Positions 24,039 to 37,110 of a stretch of 64,000 nucleotides of DNA are shown one piece after another. Source of the stretch: Narcine bancroftii. Its lineage: Eukaryota. Each line of letters opens with the position of its first letter. Position 1 is the first letter of the stretch. Made by a program: the position numbers and the translations under genes. The stretch covers positions 159,650,001-159,714,000 of the forward strand of contig NC_091471.1 of the NCBI RefSeq assembly GCF_036971445.1, in the 5' to 3' direction. The notes below the pieces were generated by a model, which worked only from the letters and a program-made list of their open reading frames with translations, was not told the origin of the DNA and did no database searches.

Positions 24039-26681
24039 TTTTGTTAAAAAAAAACTTTATTTAATCGTTAAAAAAACCAAATAATATGACGTATACAGCA
24101 ATTAAACATGAACATTTTAAAAAATATATATAGAAAAAAAGAAAAAAAGAAACCCCCCCCACTTCAGCCAACTCTCCTAAGGAGAGCCATAAAACAGAAA
24201 AAAACAAAGAATATTATAAAGAAATTAAATATACATATTAAAATCTAATCAATATAAATTGAAATGCAAATATTCTGAGTATAACAGCCACTTATTAAAA
24301 AAATTAAAATTATCATGCAAAACATATGTAATTTTTTTCATTATTAAACAATATTTCATCTCATTATGCCATCTATTAATATCAATCATATTTGTATCTT
24401 TCCATGTACTAGCAATACATTTTTTTGCTACGGATAAAGCTAAATATACAAAAGCAAGCTGGAACTTATCCAATCCCAAACCTTTCAAAGGTTGCAAACG
24501 ACCCAATAAAAATACTGTTGGATCTAAAACTATTTTAATCTTCTACAGATATTCTAAAAACAATTGAATTTTCTTCCAAAAAGATTGTATATGTATACAT
24601 GACCAAACAGCATGAAAAAAAGTTCCAACCGTATCACCACATCTAAAAACAAATCTGATTCATTAAAACCATATATTTTTTAATTTTTCAGGTGTCGAAT
24701 ATAATTGATGTAAAAAATTGTAATTAATCATTGCATAATGTGCATTTATCAATCTAGTTACACTATCATAACAAATATCTAACCAATCCTCTTCAGGAAA
24801 AATAAAACCAATATCCGCTTCCCATTTAATTTTAGATTTAGCCCAGAAATATAACCCTTCTCTGGTACCTTCATAAAAAAAGTCTCAAATTTAGTCATTT
24901 TAGGTAAAAATCACATCTCTACCAAACATACATTTTATCAAAGATCTCGAACATTAAAAGTAGCAAACCTCAACTTTGACATATCTACTATTATTACTAA
25001 ATACCAATAATATCTTTATATAGAAACTCAAATCAATTAAAAAAAAAAATCACAAATTAAAAAATAATAGAGAAAAAAAAGAAAATCCCCCCAAAAAACT
25101 ACCAAAAGGTAGTAATCCCCTAAACAAAAATTGGGTGTGGGTCACCCACCAGTGGCTGATGACTAGTAAAGAACTTAGTGCAAATCTCCCCCTCCCCAGC
25201 CAAACAATCAGTAACATCAAAATATCATAATAATAAAAGAAAAAAGTAAAAAAATTCTTCTTTTCATCCAGAAGATTCCAATCTCAAAGATCCCATTTCA
25301 GAAGGAGGTAGACTCTTTCCATTCCTGTTTTTCTCATTTCTGCCATTTCTTCCGTTTCCAGAGCAACCAGATTTTTCTTTAGGAGATAATGGTGGACTAC
25401 GTCTTTGTCCTCTTATATCTGGCAATGAATCAGTAAAAATCATTGCTTCACGATCAGTTTCAAAAAACTGAAATTGATAGTCTCCATAAAACACCTTCAA
25501 CACTGCAGGGTAATGAAAAGTAGACTTATAACCTTTACGCCACAAAACTTCTTTAGCTGGATTAAATCGACGTCGACATTGAATGACCTCTTGACTCAGA
25601 TCAGGATTAAAAAAGACACTGCTATTCTGAATCAATAATGGGGTTTGTCGTTGTCTCGTATTTTGTACTGCAAGTCGAAGTATTACTTCTCTATCCAAAT
25701 AACTCAAACATCGAATTATTACCGGTCTTGGTGGTTGACCAGCTGAGGGTGTTCTTCTCAAAGCTCTATGGGCTCTTTCCAGTGCCAATTCCCCCAAAGA
25801 AAAATTCTTGCCCTAATATTTGCAGAATCCAGTCTTTAAAAAAACGAAGAGGATCTTGTCCTTCTATTCCTTCTGGCAAACCAACAATTTTCACATTATT
25901 CCTTCTGCTTTGATTTTCCAAATAATCTATTTTTATTTCTAGCTCCTTATCACGTTCTCCTAATTCTATGACTGATTTTTCCACCTTCAATACTTTTTCT
26001 GTGTTAGAAGTCACTTGTTGTTTACAGTCCAAAAAAGCAGTCTGAAATTTTTAAAATTCTTCATAAGATGAATTCATTTGAACCATTTCATTCATTTGAG
26101 ATGTCAACAAATCCATTCCAGGTTTTATAACAGCTTAAATAGCTGCCTTCAATTGTGATTAGGTAAAGCTTATGTCACCGACATAATGGCAGAACAAAGT
26201 AACTGCAGCTCCTACTGCAATTCAACAAAAGGCATTTTAAAAGATTTACTGCGGTCTGGACTCCCAGCAACGGCATCCCGACTTCTTCAGGGAGTCGCCG
26301 CTGGTCTCCCCCCACATCTTGTTGTCTTCTCATCCATTCGCGAAGAAAAACGACTTCTTCAGATTGTAATGCTGCCTGATGCATTTCCTTTTCAGCCTCC
26401 AAAGGTGATCCTTGGGATTTAGGCAATGAAGAAATTAAGTCTGGGGCTGCTTCAAGTCGTCTAGGCCCCAAATCTTCAGCACTTCGAAAATGTATTTTCT
26501 TTTGACCTTGAGATTTAGTCTTTTTACCATTAGTGGCCATAATAATTCCTTAATACTTTAAACTAAAATTTAAAAAAATTAAACTTGGAAACAAAGGGTT
26601 AAAAAACGGATATTTAAAAGTCTGGCCAGAGAGGTCCAGATTGCATGTCTAGACTCTACGCCATCTTGCCACGCCCCCCCC
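24039..26681 (-). mobile_element. L1 with ORF1 and internally deleted ORF2
   Basis: 15-bp TSD TTGATGGCAGGTCTT (24024-24038, 26682-26696); 5' G-run and YY1-like AAGATGGCG; frameshifted ORF1 26540-25264; ORF2 start fused to its C-terminus. Confidence 0.88.
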
Positions 26682-26699
26682 TTGATGGCAGGTCTTCAA

Positions 26700-27048
26700 T
26701 GTTGGTCGCAGACTGCCAGGAGACCTTGAAGATAATTAAATCATTTGTTCCAAGAGATAAGATCTGAAGTAAACAACTTTTGGGTAATATAAGCCATGGT
26801 CCCACTGCTGAAGTTTGAGACTCTCCAAGAGGTGGCAACATCTCTCAGCAAGAAGAACTTCAAGAGTCCAGCTAACGTCCCGGTCGAGGGAGGTGGAGAA
26901 GCTGCTACCGGCGCCCCGACAGCCTACTACAAGTGTGCAGTCGTTGCCTCGCTTCGGCAGTTGGGACCAGTCCAGATGTTGATAAATATAATTGGGAAGG
27001 GCTTGCATATTGTAGTGTGAATTCAGCTTTCGATTTAGTAATAAAGAC
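26700..27048 (+). repeat. Internal fragment of the ERV LTR (third copy)
   Basis: 349-bp match to 15959-16307 with 3 differences; lacks LTR termini and TSD. Confidence 0.93.
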
Positions 27049-27875
27049 CAACCTGCGAGGGTCACCGAAGTTGTTGTCAGCAAGGAGCAGATGAATGTCC
27101 TCCAGCATTTGCTCTAGGAATGTCTACTCAAACAGCAGACAGGGCCTGCATCTGTCCATCAGCACCAGCATGTCATTCACAAGGGCAGATGATATGCGGT
27201 CACCCAGGCTGTCCATATGCAGCAGCCTCGCTGCTCACCCACAGCGGGAGAACCTGAAAGTGCATCTGAGGAGTGCTTTGAGTGCCTCAGACCTGTCTTC
27301 AGTGGGGGCTGCTGCAGGAAATCTACAATCTTGCTGGCGGTCTCCTGGTCTAGAGCACTGGCCACCTAATGGCATTTTGTGGCGTCAGTGGTGATCTGCT
27401 AACATGAAACTGAGCCTCAGCCTGCTGAAACCAGACAACAGGCTGTGAGGTCCAGAATGTAGGCTGCTTCAAGGAGAGTGCATTAACATCATTCACCAAG
27501 AGGTCCAAATTTTCCGATTTGGGCTGTCAGGGTCACCAAATGTAGCGAACAAAGACACAGTAGTTGGTGTGAGTTGGGTTAAATGATTTTACTGGAACTC
27601 CCCTGTGAGCTTATAAGGACAAGGACAACCCTCATTATACTTTTCTGCCCATTTTTAACATAACCCTGGAGGGCTGTCAACGCTCCCAATGTCTCAGGGC
27701 TCTCAGCCCCGTGTGAGCATGCACCTCTGTGACCTGGTTCAGTGCTACAGAAGTAAAATTATGTAAACTATGGTGAGCTTCACAAAGTACTAGATGCCAT
27801 TTGTGAGCACATGATGCAAAACAAATTGTCAACAATCACAAACTGATTGAAACTTCATGATATAACCCAACTTAC

Positions 27876-28004
27876 CTATCTCTGCCAGGTTACCAAATGC
27901 AATCAAGCACATTTCTGTCAGTGCTGTATGCTGGGAATGAACGCCCAACAATTGAACCAAAGTGGGAATGACTCCCATATTTATCAGCTGAGCCTGCAGT
28001 GCAT
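27876..28004 (-). CDS. RAP1GDS1: RAP1GDS1 exon 6
   Basis: DALQAQLINMGVIPTLVQLLGVHSQHTALTEMCLIAFGNLAEI between ttttacag and gtaag; 129 nt. Confidence 0.95.
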
Positions 28005-29950
28005 CTGTAAAATAAAAGTTTGTAAGTCAAAAGAAACCTTAAATCCTGAAAGTTTTTCTGAACACATGATCTTTTGACAAAGCAAGCAATGAACAGTTTG
28101 AAAAGAAGCAACTTGCAAAACACACAAAACCAAAAGCAATGGACTCGGGAGACTATCATGCTTGGAATGGTTAAAGGCTTTATAACCCAAGCAATACAAC
28201 CATGTTAGATTTCTCAGCCCTAATATGCTACATATCAATAGGCAGAGTACAATGAAGCATCTATGAATGTTCAAAGCAAAACTAATACACAAGCTTGAGA
28301 TGACAAGCCCAGCATTGGACCGTACAAAACAACAGGATTATTGAACAAATATTTAAATAAACAGAGCATGATAAATGTGGCAATCTATTTGTTCTTCCCC
28401 CCCCCCCTCCATGGTTACCAATGTTAAGAATCAGTTAAAAAAAAATGGCTCAGAAATGATGCAGCAAAATTAAAGACCGCCTATTTTTAAAACATTTTTT
28501 GTAATTTAAGAAGTCCAGAGACCCAACCACACTCAATGCTTTCTACCAATTTCATTCATTTTAAACTTAGCAAAGCTAAAGCTGCTTCAAATAGTAACAA
28601 GACACAATTTCGCTCTAAATTTTGGACATCGGAAAGTGGCAGGTTCCATTCTCAAGGTTGGAGCAATTTAAAAAAGAAACACAATCTATTCAAGGGACAT
28701 GGGTGATGCAGGCTGATCAGGATTTAATTGCTTGTACCTAACTGACCATGAGAAAGTGAAGGTGAGCTGCCTACTTGAACTGCTGCCATCCCTGATGTGT
28801 GGGTATACCCACAATGCTTTTCAGAAAATTTCCAGCATTTTGATCCAAATTCAAAGCAGATAACTAGTCTGGTCTTAAGTGGGGGGGGGGGGGGGGGGGG
28901 GAGGAAGGGAGATAAATTAGTCAAATGTCATGAAAATATTGTTGACTTTAGCCGTGTTATCCTAAAAACTTAAAATTTATGATACTACTTTACATTATGA
29001 AAAATAGTTGGTAAGTGACAGAAGCTTGCAACAATGAATGCAAGTGGAATCATACCCTGATAAAAGTTAGTTTATTCAATAGTAGGACGGACAATTTCTA
29101 ACCCCAATTGCAGAATGTGTACTAGTAGGCTTGGTTACAATTGTAAAACAGAACATAAAGCACAGTACAGTTTTGTGCAAAATGTTAAATATTTTGCAGT
29201 ACCCTAACAGAAATGAGTGTGCTCTATTTTCATCTTTTGTAAGGTTATCTAAAATTTGATAATTAACTGATCAGCCTAAACCAAGGGTAATCTTAAAACG
29301 AGCGATGTAAACTATGTCATTCATCATTTTCTTTACATATCTGGCACAGATCACAACATTCAAATATTGCAAAATTACCAAAGTTGTTAAAATTCCCAGA
29401 TAAAATCTACATATGCAGGTGTAAGTTTACATCAATCTCCCACACAAGTTACAAAATTTCACTTTAATACATATTAACGCTGCATTCGGTTTTTAAACAG
29501 GTTTCCATTTAATAATCTACCTTTTCCAATGTTTAGCCACATGAACTGGATTCCATAGAGGTAAGCACATGTTTCAAGTCAGTTATTTTTTTTTTCTTAC
29601 TTTACACAAGTTTGATTGTACAGGTGACAAAATAATATAATTACTCATTTCATAAACTGCAGTAATCACAGGAATATCATATAAAGAAATTAAATTCAAC
29701 AAAATACTTCAGATGCCAGAAATGTGAAATAAACATAGCAAATGCTTTCAAAAAACAACTGTGGAGGGACTAAATTGGTGAAAATTTACACTGTGATTTT
29801 CTATCAGAATTGAAAATTGTTTGGGATGAGAAAGAAAAAAGGAATGAATGTAACATCAGATAAGATTATGTAAAAGATGATGCTGTCATATGAAAGAGTA
29901 GACATTTGAATAAAACTCAGAAGATTGGTATAAATGTTAAAATGAAAATA

Positions 29951-30168
29951 CAGTAAAACCCCTGGTATCCAGCACCTATGGGGAAATTGATAAATGCTGG
30001 ATGAGTGAATTTTCCATTTGCTTGATATTGCATATTGCATTATTGGTGAACTAATAGCAAGGTGTGCCAATTTTAAATCTGCATTTTTTACCAATTTATT
30101 TTCCACTTTTTTTGCCAGTTGATTGAGGATGCCAGTTGCATGAATTCCAGATAATAGGGGTTTTAGTG
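29951..30168. mobile_element. Tc1/mariner-pogo-type MITE
   Basis: TA|CAGTAAAACCCCT ... AGGGGTTTTAGTG|TA terminal inverted repeats with TA TSD. Confidence 0.75.
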
Positions 30169-30796
30169 TAGCTGAATTCCACTCCTTTTCTTTCTTTTGT
30201 TTCACCATTATTGCCCTTTAGTCTTGCACCATCATACATTTTATTTAATCTCCTGTGCCTTCCTTGCTACTGCTTTTTCCACTTTCATTGTATTCTTTGC
30301 ATCCTGATCCCACACCTTTCATCAGAACAAAAAGTTGATCAATCTGGAATGTCATCTCTCCTTTCTCTCTTTCGTTCTGCTTCCTGACCAAATGAGCACT
30401 TCCACGACTATTTTTATTAGAAATGAGCAATATTACTTAGCTGGACTTTAATGCAGGAAATGTTTATCAAATGCTTAAAGATTGATGGATTGGAACTTTA
30501 CAATTGTTCGGTGTGGACTAGAAGGGCCTAATGGCCTGTTTCCGTGCTGTAATTGTTATGTTAGAAATCCAGTAGCTTCAAGATGAATGATACCTTAACA
30601 GATGGCTGTAAAAGGCATCATAAATACACACCACGTGCAAAATAAGAAAAAAACAAGAACTGATGGGTACTTGAAGTGAATTCAAATTCTGTAATGACCT
30701 GAAGTTTTATTACATTTTAGTACAACTTCACATTTCTGGCTGCTGTTTGTGAAATTACATTATACAGCTATGAGTTGCAGCTCGTAATCATGACAA

Positions 30797-33330
30797 GCAG
30801 CGGCCACCAGGACTCGGGCAGGACTCGGGCAGGAGGCGCAGCGGCCACCAGGACTCGGGCAGGACTCGGGCAGGAGGCGCAGCGGCCACCAGGAGACGGG
30901 CAGGACTCGGGCAGGAGGCGCAGCGGCCACCAGGACTCGGGCAGGACTCGGGCAGGAGGCGCAGCGGCCACCAGGACTCGGGCAGGACTCGGGCAGGAGG
31001 CGCAGCGGCCACCAGGACTCGGGCAGGACTCGGGCAGGAGGCGCAGCGGCCACCAGGACTCGGGCAGGACTCGGGCAGGAGGCGCAGCGGCCACCAGGAC
31101 TCGGGCAGGACTCGGGCAGGAGGCGCAGCGGCCACCAGGACTCGGGCAGGACTCGGGCAGGAGGCGCAGCGGCCACCAGGACTCGGGCAGGACTCGGGCA
31201 GGAGGCGCAGCGGCCACCAGGACCCGGGCAGGACTCGGGCAGGAGGCGCAGCGGCCACCAGGACCCGGGCAGGACTCGGGCAGGAGGCGCAGCGGCCACC
31301 AGGACCCGGGCAGGACTCGGGCAGGAGGCGCAGCGGCCACCAGGACCCGGGCAGGACTCGGGCAGGAGGCGCAGCGGCCACCAGGACCCGGGCAGGACTC
31401 GGGCAGGAGGCGCAGCGGCCACCAGGACCCGGGCAGGACTCGGGCAGGAGGCGCAGCGGCCACCAGGACCCGGGCAGGATTCGGGCAGGAGGCGCAGCGG
31501 CCACCAGGACCCGGGCAGGACTCGGGCAGGAGGCGCAGCGGCCCCCAAGACTCGGGCAGGACTCGGGCAGGAGGCGCAGCGGCCCCCAAGACTCGGGCAG
31601 GACTCGGGCAGGAGGCGCAGCGGCCCCCAAGACTCGGGCAGGACTCGGGCAGGAGGCGCAGCGGCCCCCAAGACTCGGGCAGGACTCGGGCAGGAGGCGC
31701 AGCGGCCCCCAAGACTCGGGCAGGACTCGGGCAGGAGGCGCAGCGGCCCCCAAGACTCGGGCAGGACTCGGGCAGGAGGCGCAGCGGCCCCCAAGACTCG
31801 GGCAGGACTCCGGCAGGAGGCGCAGCGGCCCCCAAGACTCGGGCAGGACTCGGGCAGGAGGCGCAGCGGCCCCCAAGACTCGGGCAGGACTCGGGCAGGA
31901 GGCGCAGCGGCCCCCAAGACTCGGGCAGGACTCGGGCAGGAGGCGCAGCGGCCCCCAAGACTCGGGCAGGAGGCGCAGCGGCCCCCAAGACTCGGGCAGG
32001 AGGCGCAGCGGCCCCCAAGACTCGGGCAGGAGGCGCAGCGGCCCCCAAGACTCGGGCAGGAGGCGCAGCGGCCCCCAAGACTCGGGCAGGAGGCGCAGCG
32101 GCCCCCAAGACTCGGGCAGGAGGCGCAGCGGCCCCCAAGACTCGGGCAGGAGGCGCAGCGGCCCCCAAGACTCGGGCAGGAGGCGCAGCGGCCCCCAAGA
32201 CTCGGGCAGGAGGCGCAGCGGCCCCCAAGACTCGGGCAGGAGGCGCAGCGGCCCCCAAGACTCGGGCAGGAGGCGCAGCGGCCCCCAAGACTCGGGCAGG
32301 AGGCGCAGCGGCCCCCAAGACTCGGGCAGGAGGCGCAGCGGCCCCCAAGACTCGGGCAGGAGGCGCAGCGGCCCCCAAGACTCGGGCAGGAGGCGCAGCG
32401 GCCCCCAAGACTCGGGCAGGAGGCGCAGCGGCCCCCAAGACTCGGGCAGGAGGCGCAGCGGCCCCCAAGACTCGGGCAGGAGGCGCAGCGGCCCCCAAGA
32501 CTCGGGCAGGAGGCGCAGCGGCCCCCAAGACTCGGGCAGGAGGCGCAGCGGCCCCCAAGACTCGGGCAGGAGGCGCAGCGGCCCCCAAGACTCGGGCAGG
32601 AGGCGCAGCGGCCCCCAAGACTCGGGCAGGAGGCGCAGCGGCCCCCAAGACTCGGGCAGGAGGCGCAGCGGCCCCCAAGACTCGGGCAGGAGGCGCAGCG
32701 GCCCCCAAGACTCGGGCAGGAGGCGCAGCGGCCCCCAAGACTCGGGCAGGAGGCGCAGCGGCCCCCAAGACTCGGGCAGGAGGCGCAGCGGCCCCCAAGA
32801 CTCGGGCAGGAGGCGCAGCGGCCCCCAAGACTCGGGCAGGAGGCGCAGCGGCCCCCAAGACTCGGGCAGGAGGCGCAGCGGCCCCCAAGACTCGGGCAGG
32901 AGGCGCAGCGGCCCCCAAGACTCGGGCAGGAGGCGCAGCGGCCCCCAAGACTCGGGCAGGAGGCGCAGCGGCCCCCAAGACTCGGGCAGGAGGCGCAGCG
33001 GCCCCCAAGACTCGGGCAGGAGGCGCAGCGGCCCCCAAGACTCGGGCAGGAGGCGCAGCGGCCCCCAAGACTCGGGCAGGAGGCGCAGCGGCCACCAAGA
33101 CTCGGGTAGGAGGCGCAGCGGCCACCAAGACTCGGGCAGGAGGCGCAGCGGCCACCAAGACTCAGACAGGAGGCGCAGCTGCCACCAAGACTCAGACAGG
33201 AGGCGCAGCTGCCACCAAGACTCAGACAGGAGGCGCAGCTGCCACCAAGACTCAGACAGGAGGCGCAGCTGCCACCAAGACTCAGACAGGAGGCGCAGCT
33301 GCCACCAAGACTCAGACAGGAGACGCAGCT
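30797..33330. repeat. GC-rich minisatellite, 41-bp and 30-bp units
   Basis: About 28 units of 41 bp, then about 46 units of 30 bp (GCCCCCAAGACTCGGGCAGGAGGCGCAGCG). The 41-mer is the 30-mer plus an 11-bp internal duplication. Confidence 0.98.
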
Positions 33331-33446
33331 CTTTTGGTTTAATTATTGTAAATTGGGTCAATGCTTGGCAACCAAGATACTGACAAATTCAGCATCATAA
33401 AGAGAATTATCATCCAATTAATTTATTAACTGACAATGGGATATTA

Positions 33447-36400
33447 GAAACATAGAACACAACAGCATAGAAAATTGCCACCTCGGACCTTCTAGTCTAT
33501 GCCAAACCATTTATTTTTGCCTTATCCCACTGACCTGCGCCCAGTCCATAGTTCTCCATACTTCTCCCATCCATATACCTGTACAAATTCTTCTTAAATT
33601 CTCCTCAGCTTGCAGCTCGTTCCACACTCCCACCACTCTTTGTATGAAAAAGTTTCCCTCTCATGTTCCCCTAAGCTTTTCCTCTTTCACTCTTCACCCA
33701 TGTCCTCTGATTTGTATATCACCTAACCTCAGTGGAAAAAGAATATCTACATTTACTCTGTCTATCCCCTTCATAATTTTAAAAACCTCTATCAAATCTC
33801 CAGGAAATAAAGTCTTAACCTGTTTAACCTTTCCTTATAACTCCATTCCTGAAGTCTGGCCAACATCCTAGTAAATCTTCTCTGAACTCTTTCCATCTTA
33901 CTTACATCTTTCTTGCAGTTAGGTGACCAAAATTGCACTCAATACTCCAAATTTGGCCTCCCCCAATGTCTTGTACAACTTTAGCACAACATCCCATCTC
34001 TGATACTCAATACTTTGATTTATGAAGGCCAATATGTCAAAAGCTCTCTTTGCAACCTTATCCACCTGTGACGCTACTCTCAGGGAATTATATATCTGTA
34101 TTCGCAGACCCTTCCGCACTCCTCAGTGCCCTATCATTTACCATGTATACCCTTTCTTGGTTGACCTTATAAAATGCAATATCTCACACTTGTCTAAATT
34201 AAATTCCATCTGCCATTTTCAGCTGGTCCATATCCCTCTGCAAGCTTTGAAAACCTTCTTCACTGTCCACAATGCCTTCAATCTTGGTGTCATTTGCAAA
34301 CTTGCTGATACAACTTACCTCATCATCATCAACATCATTGATATACATGACAAACTACAATGGTCCAAGCACTGATACCTGAGACACCACTAATCTCAGG
34401 CCTTGAGTCTGAGAAGCAATCATCCACCACTACTCTCTGGCTTCTCCTGTCCAGCCATTGTCGAATCCAGTTTACAACTTCATCATGAATAATGAACATC
34501 TAAACCTTCCTACCTCCCTCCAATGTGGGATCTTGTCAAAGGTCTTGTACATAACATCCACAGCCTTTCCTTTGCCAATTTTCTTGGTAGTCTCCTTGAA
34601 AAACTCTACAAGATTGGTTAAACATGACCTATCATGCACAAAGCCACGTTGACGATCCTTAATCAGTCCATGGCTATCCAAATAATTGTATACCTGATCT
34701 CTTAGAACACCTTCCAATAATTTACCTACTACTGACATCAGAATCACTGGCCTATAATTTCCAGGGTTACTTTTGGAGCCTTTTTTAATCAAAAGAAGAA
34801 TGAGCACCCCTCCAAACCTCAGGCTCCACACCCGAGGCTAAGGGCATATTAAATACTTCTGCCAGAACTCCTGCAATTTCTACACTAGCCTCCCTCAAGG
34901 TCTGAAGGAACATCTCATCAATCCCTCAGGATTTATCAACCCTTATTTGCTTTAAAACAGCAGGCTCTTCCTCCTCTGTAATCAGTCCAGGTTCCATGAC
35001 CTCCCGGCTTGTTTTCCTTACTTCCCACGACTCTGTGCCCACTTCCTGAGTGAATACTGATGAAAAAACCATTTAAGCTCTCGCTCACCTCTCTTGGCCC
35101 CATACAAAGTTGACCATTCAAGGGGACCAATTTTGTCCCTTATCCTTTTGCTCTTAATATAGCTATAGGATTTCCCTTCACATTGTCTGCCAAAGTAACC
35201 TCACATCTGCTTTTAGTCTTCCTGATTTCTTTCTTGAGGTTTCTCTTGCATTTAAAAAAATACTCAAGTACCCTATTTGCTCCATTTTGCCTATACCTAC
35301 TATACACCGCTATCTTCTTTCAAACCAAATCCCAATATCCCTCAAAAACCAAGGTTCCCTATGACTGCTAACCTTGCCTTTAATTTAGACAGGATCATAC
35401 AAACTATGTACCTTCAAAATTTCACCTTTGAAGGTCCTCCACTTAACTCACACATCCCTTGCCCAAAAATAACTCATCCCAATCCACACATTCCAGATCC
35501 TTTCTCATTTCCTCAAAATTATCCTTTCCCTAATTTAGAAGCTCAACAAGGCCCAGATCTATCCTTCTCCATTATTAACTTGAAATCAATGGCATTATGA
35601 TTACATTCCCCTATACATACTTTGGTCACCTATTCTGTCTCAACAAGGCCCAGATCTATCCTTCTCCATTATTAACTTGAAATCAATGGCATTATGATTA
35701 CATTCCCCTATACATACTTTGGTCACCTATTCTGTCTCATTTCTTAATAGATCCAGTATTGCACTCTCTTTAGTTGATACTTCTATGTAGTGATTTAGAA
35801 AACTTTCCTGAACACATTTGACAAACTCCAAGCCATCCAGCCAGTATTGGAGTCCCAGTCAATATGTGGAAAATTAAAACCTCCTTATGTTTCCTGCAGC
35901 TGTCTACTATCTCTCTATAGATTTGGTCCTCCAATTCTCGTTGACTACTGGGCAGTCTATAATTCAACTCCATGAGTGTGGTCATACTTTTACTGTTCCT
36001 CAGCTCCACCCATATTGCTTCAGTGAACGACCCCTCTGGTCTGTCCTGCTTGAACACAGCTGTGATATTTTCCCTGACGAGCAATGCCACTCCTCCCCCT
36101 TTCATTTCCGGTTCTACTGCATCTAAAGAAACAGAAGTCTGCAACATTGAGCTGCTAGTCCTGCCCCTCCTGCAACCAAATTTCACTAATGGCCATAATG
36201 TCAAAATTCCACATGCTAATCCATGCTCCATGTTTGTCTGCCTTTCCTTCAACACTCCTGGCATTGAAAATGCACTGTAGAAAATTTCCACCACATACGT
36301 CTACCAGTGCATGCAATTTTCACATTATCTTTTCCCTCCACTTATCTATCTGCTCTGGCACTCTGGCTCCTATCCCTTTGCAAATCTAGTTTAACATGTG

Positions 36401-37110
36401 TTATATAGGACTAGATATTAATATCCCTTACTGCACTCTTGAGACTTGCTGCCTTGACTCTGTGGGGTAGCTAAATGAGTAGAGGCATCTTCTGGGTTGC
36501 CCTCCTTCCTCAGTGTTATGCTGATAGACCCACGACACCTCTGGAGGGTTCAGCAATGAATCCTGGCGTCCCATGCTAACTCCCTTGATGCCATTCACTT
36601 ATTTGGGGGTTCAGATGGAATCTTCTGAGCATCCTTCAGATGTAGCAGAGCTCAGCATTGATTACTTTCTCACAAGATTTTGGTCACTTGATTAATAGCT
36701 TTCCGTTGCTGGTCAAAATAGGCCGAGTTCGGGTTGTTTTCCTATGCCTTCCCTCAAGGATATTTGTACCCCTCCAGTTCGGATGCAAACCGTCCCATTG
36801 GAACAGATACCACCTCCCCTGGCAGAGAGCCCACTGATCCAGAAATCTGAAGCTCTCCCTCCTGCACCATGTCTGTAGCCCCATGTTAAGATGCATTATC
36901 ATCCTATTTCTAACCTCACCAGCATGTGACACGTGTAGCAATCCTGAGATCACAACCTTGGAGGTCCTGTCCTTCAACCTAGCGCCTTACTCGCTGAACT
37001 CTCCTTGCAGGACATTCTCACCCTTACTACCCACGTCATTGGTCCTTAAATGGACCTAAACAGCTGCTCACCCTCCGACCTGAGAACGCTGTGAACTTAA
37101 TCTGAGATAT
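33447..37110 (-). mobile_element. Near full-length degraded CR1 LINE with SGNH-esterase ORF1
   Basis: ORF1 KVVISGLL..DGLHPN; ORF2 GGGVALLV, PGNYRPV, SCLTNLVEFF; tctatgtttc tail. 5' boundary approximate. Confidence 0.8.
35544..35737. repeat. 97-bp perfect tandem duplication
   Basis: Two consecutive identical copies starting at 35544 and 35641. Confidence 0.92.

Larger units (their letters stand above)
21547..27749 (-). mobile_element. Old Gypsy/Ty3 LTR retrotransposon with deletions and nested inserts
   Basis: Diverged LTRs 21547-21763 and 27541-27749; 4-bp TSD GAAG; tRNA-Trp-like PBS TGGTGACCC; gag WFQQAEAQF; RT/RNase H and integrase remnants. Confidence 0.88.

Noticed and set aside
26700-27048. 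Solo LTR, or a second provirus paired with the LTR at 15823
   Set aside because: Lacks both TG/CA termini, PPT/PBS and TSD; the intervening DNA contains host exons 7-8.
30797-33330. CRISPR-like array
   Set aside because: Head-to-tail repeats with no unique spacers, no cas genes, and a eukaryotic context.
30760-33361. Long ORFs of 385-857 aa on both strands
   Set aside because: By-product of a stop-free GC-rich tandem repeat in an intron; the 41-bp unit cycles through all frames.
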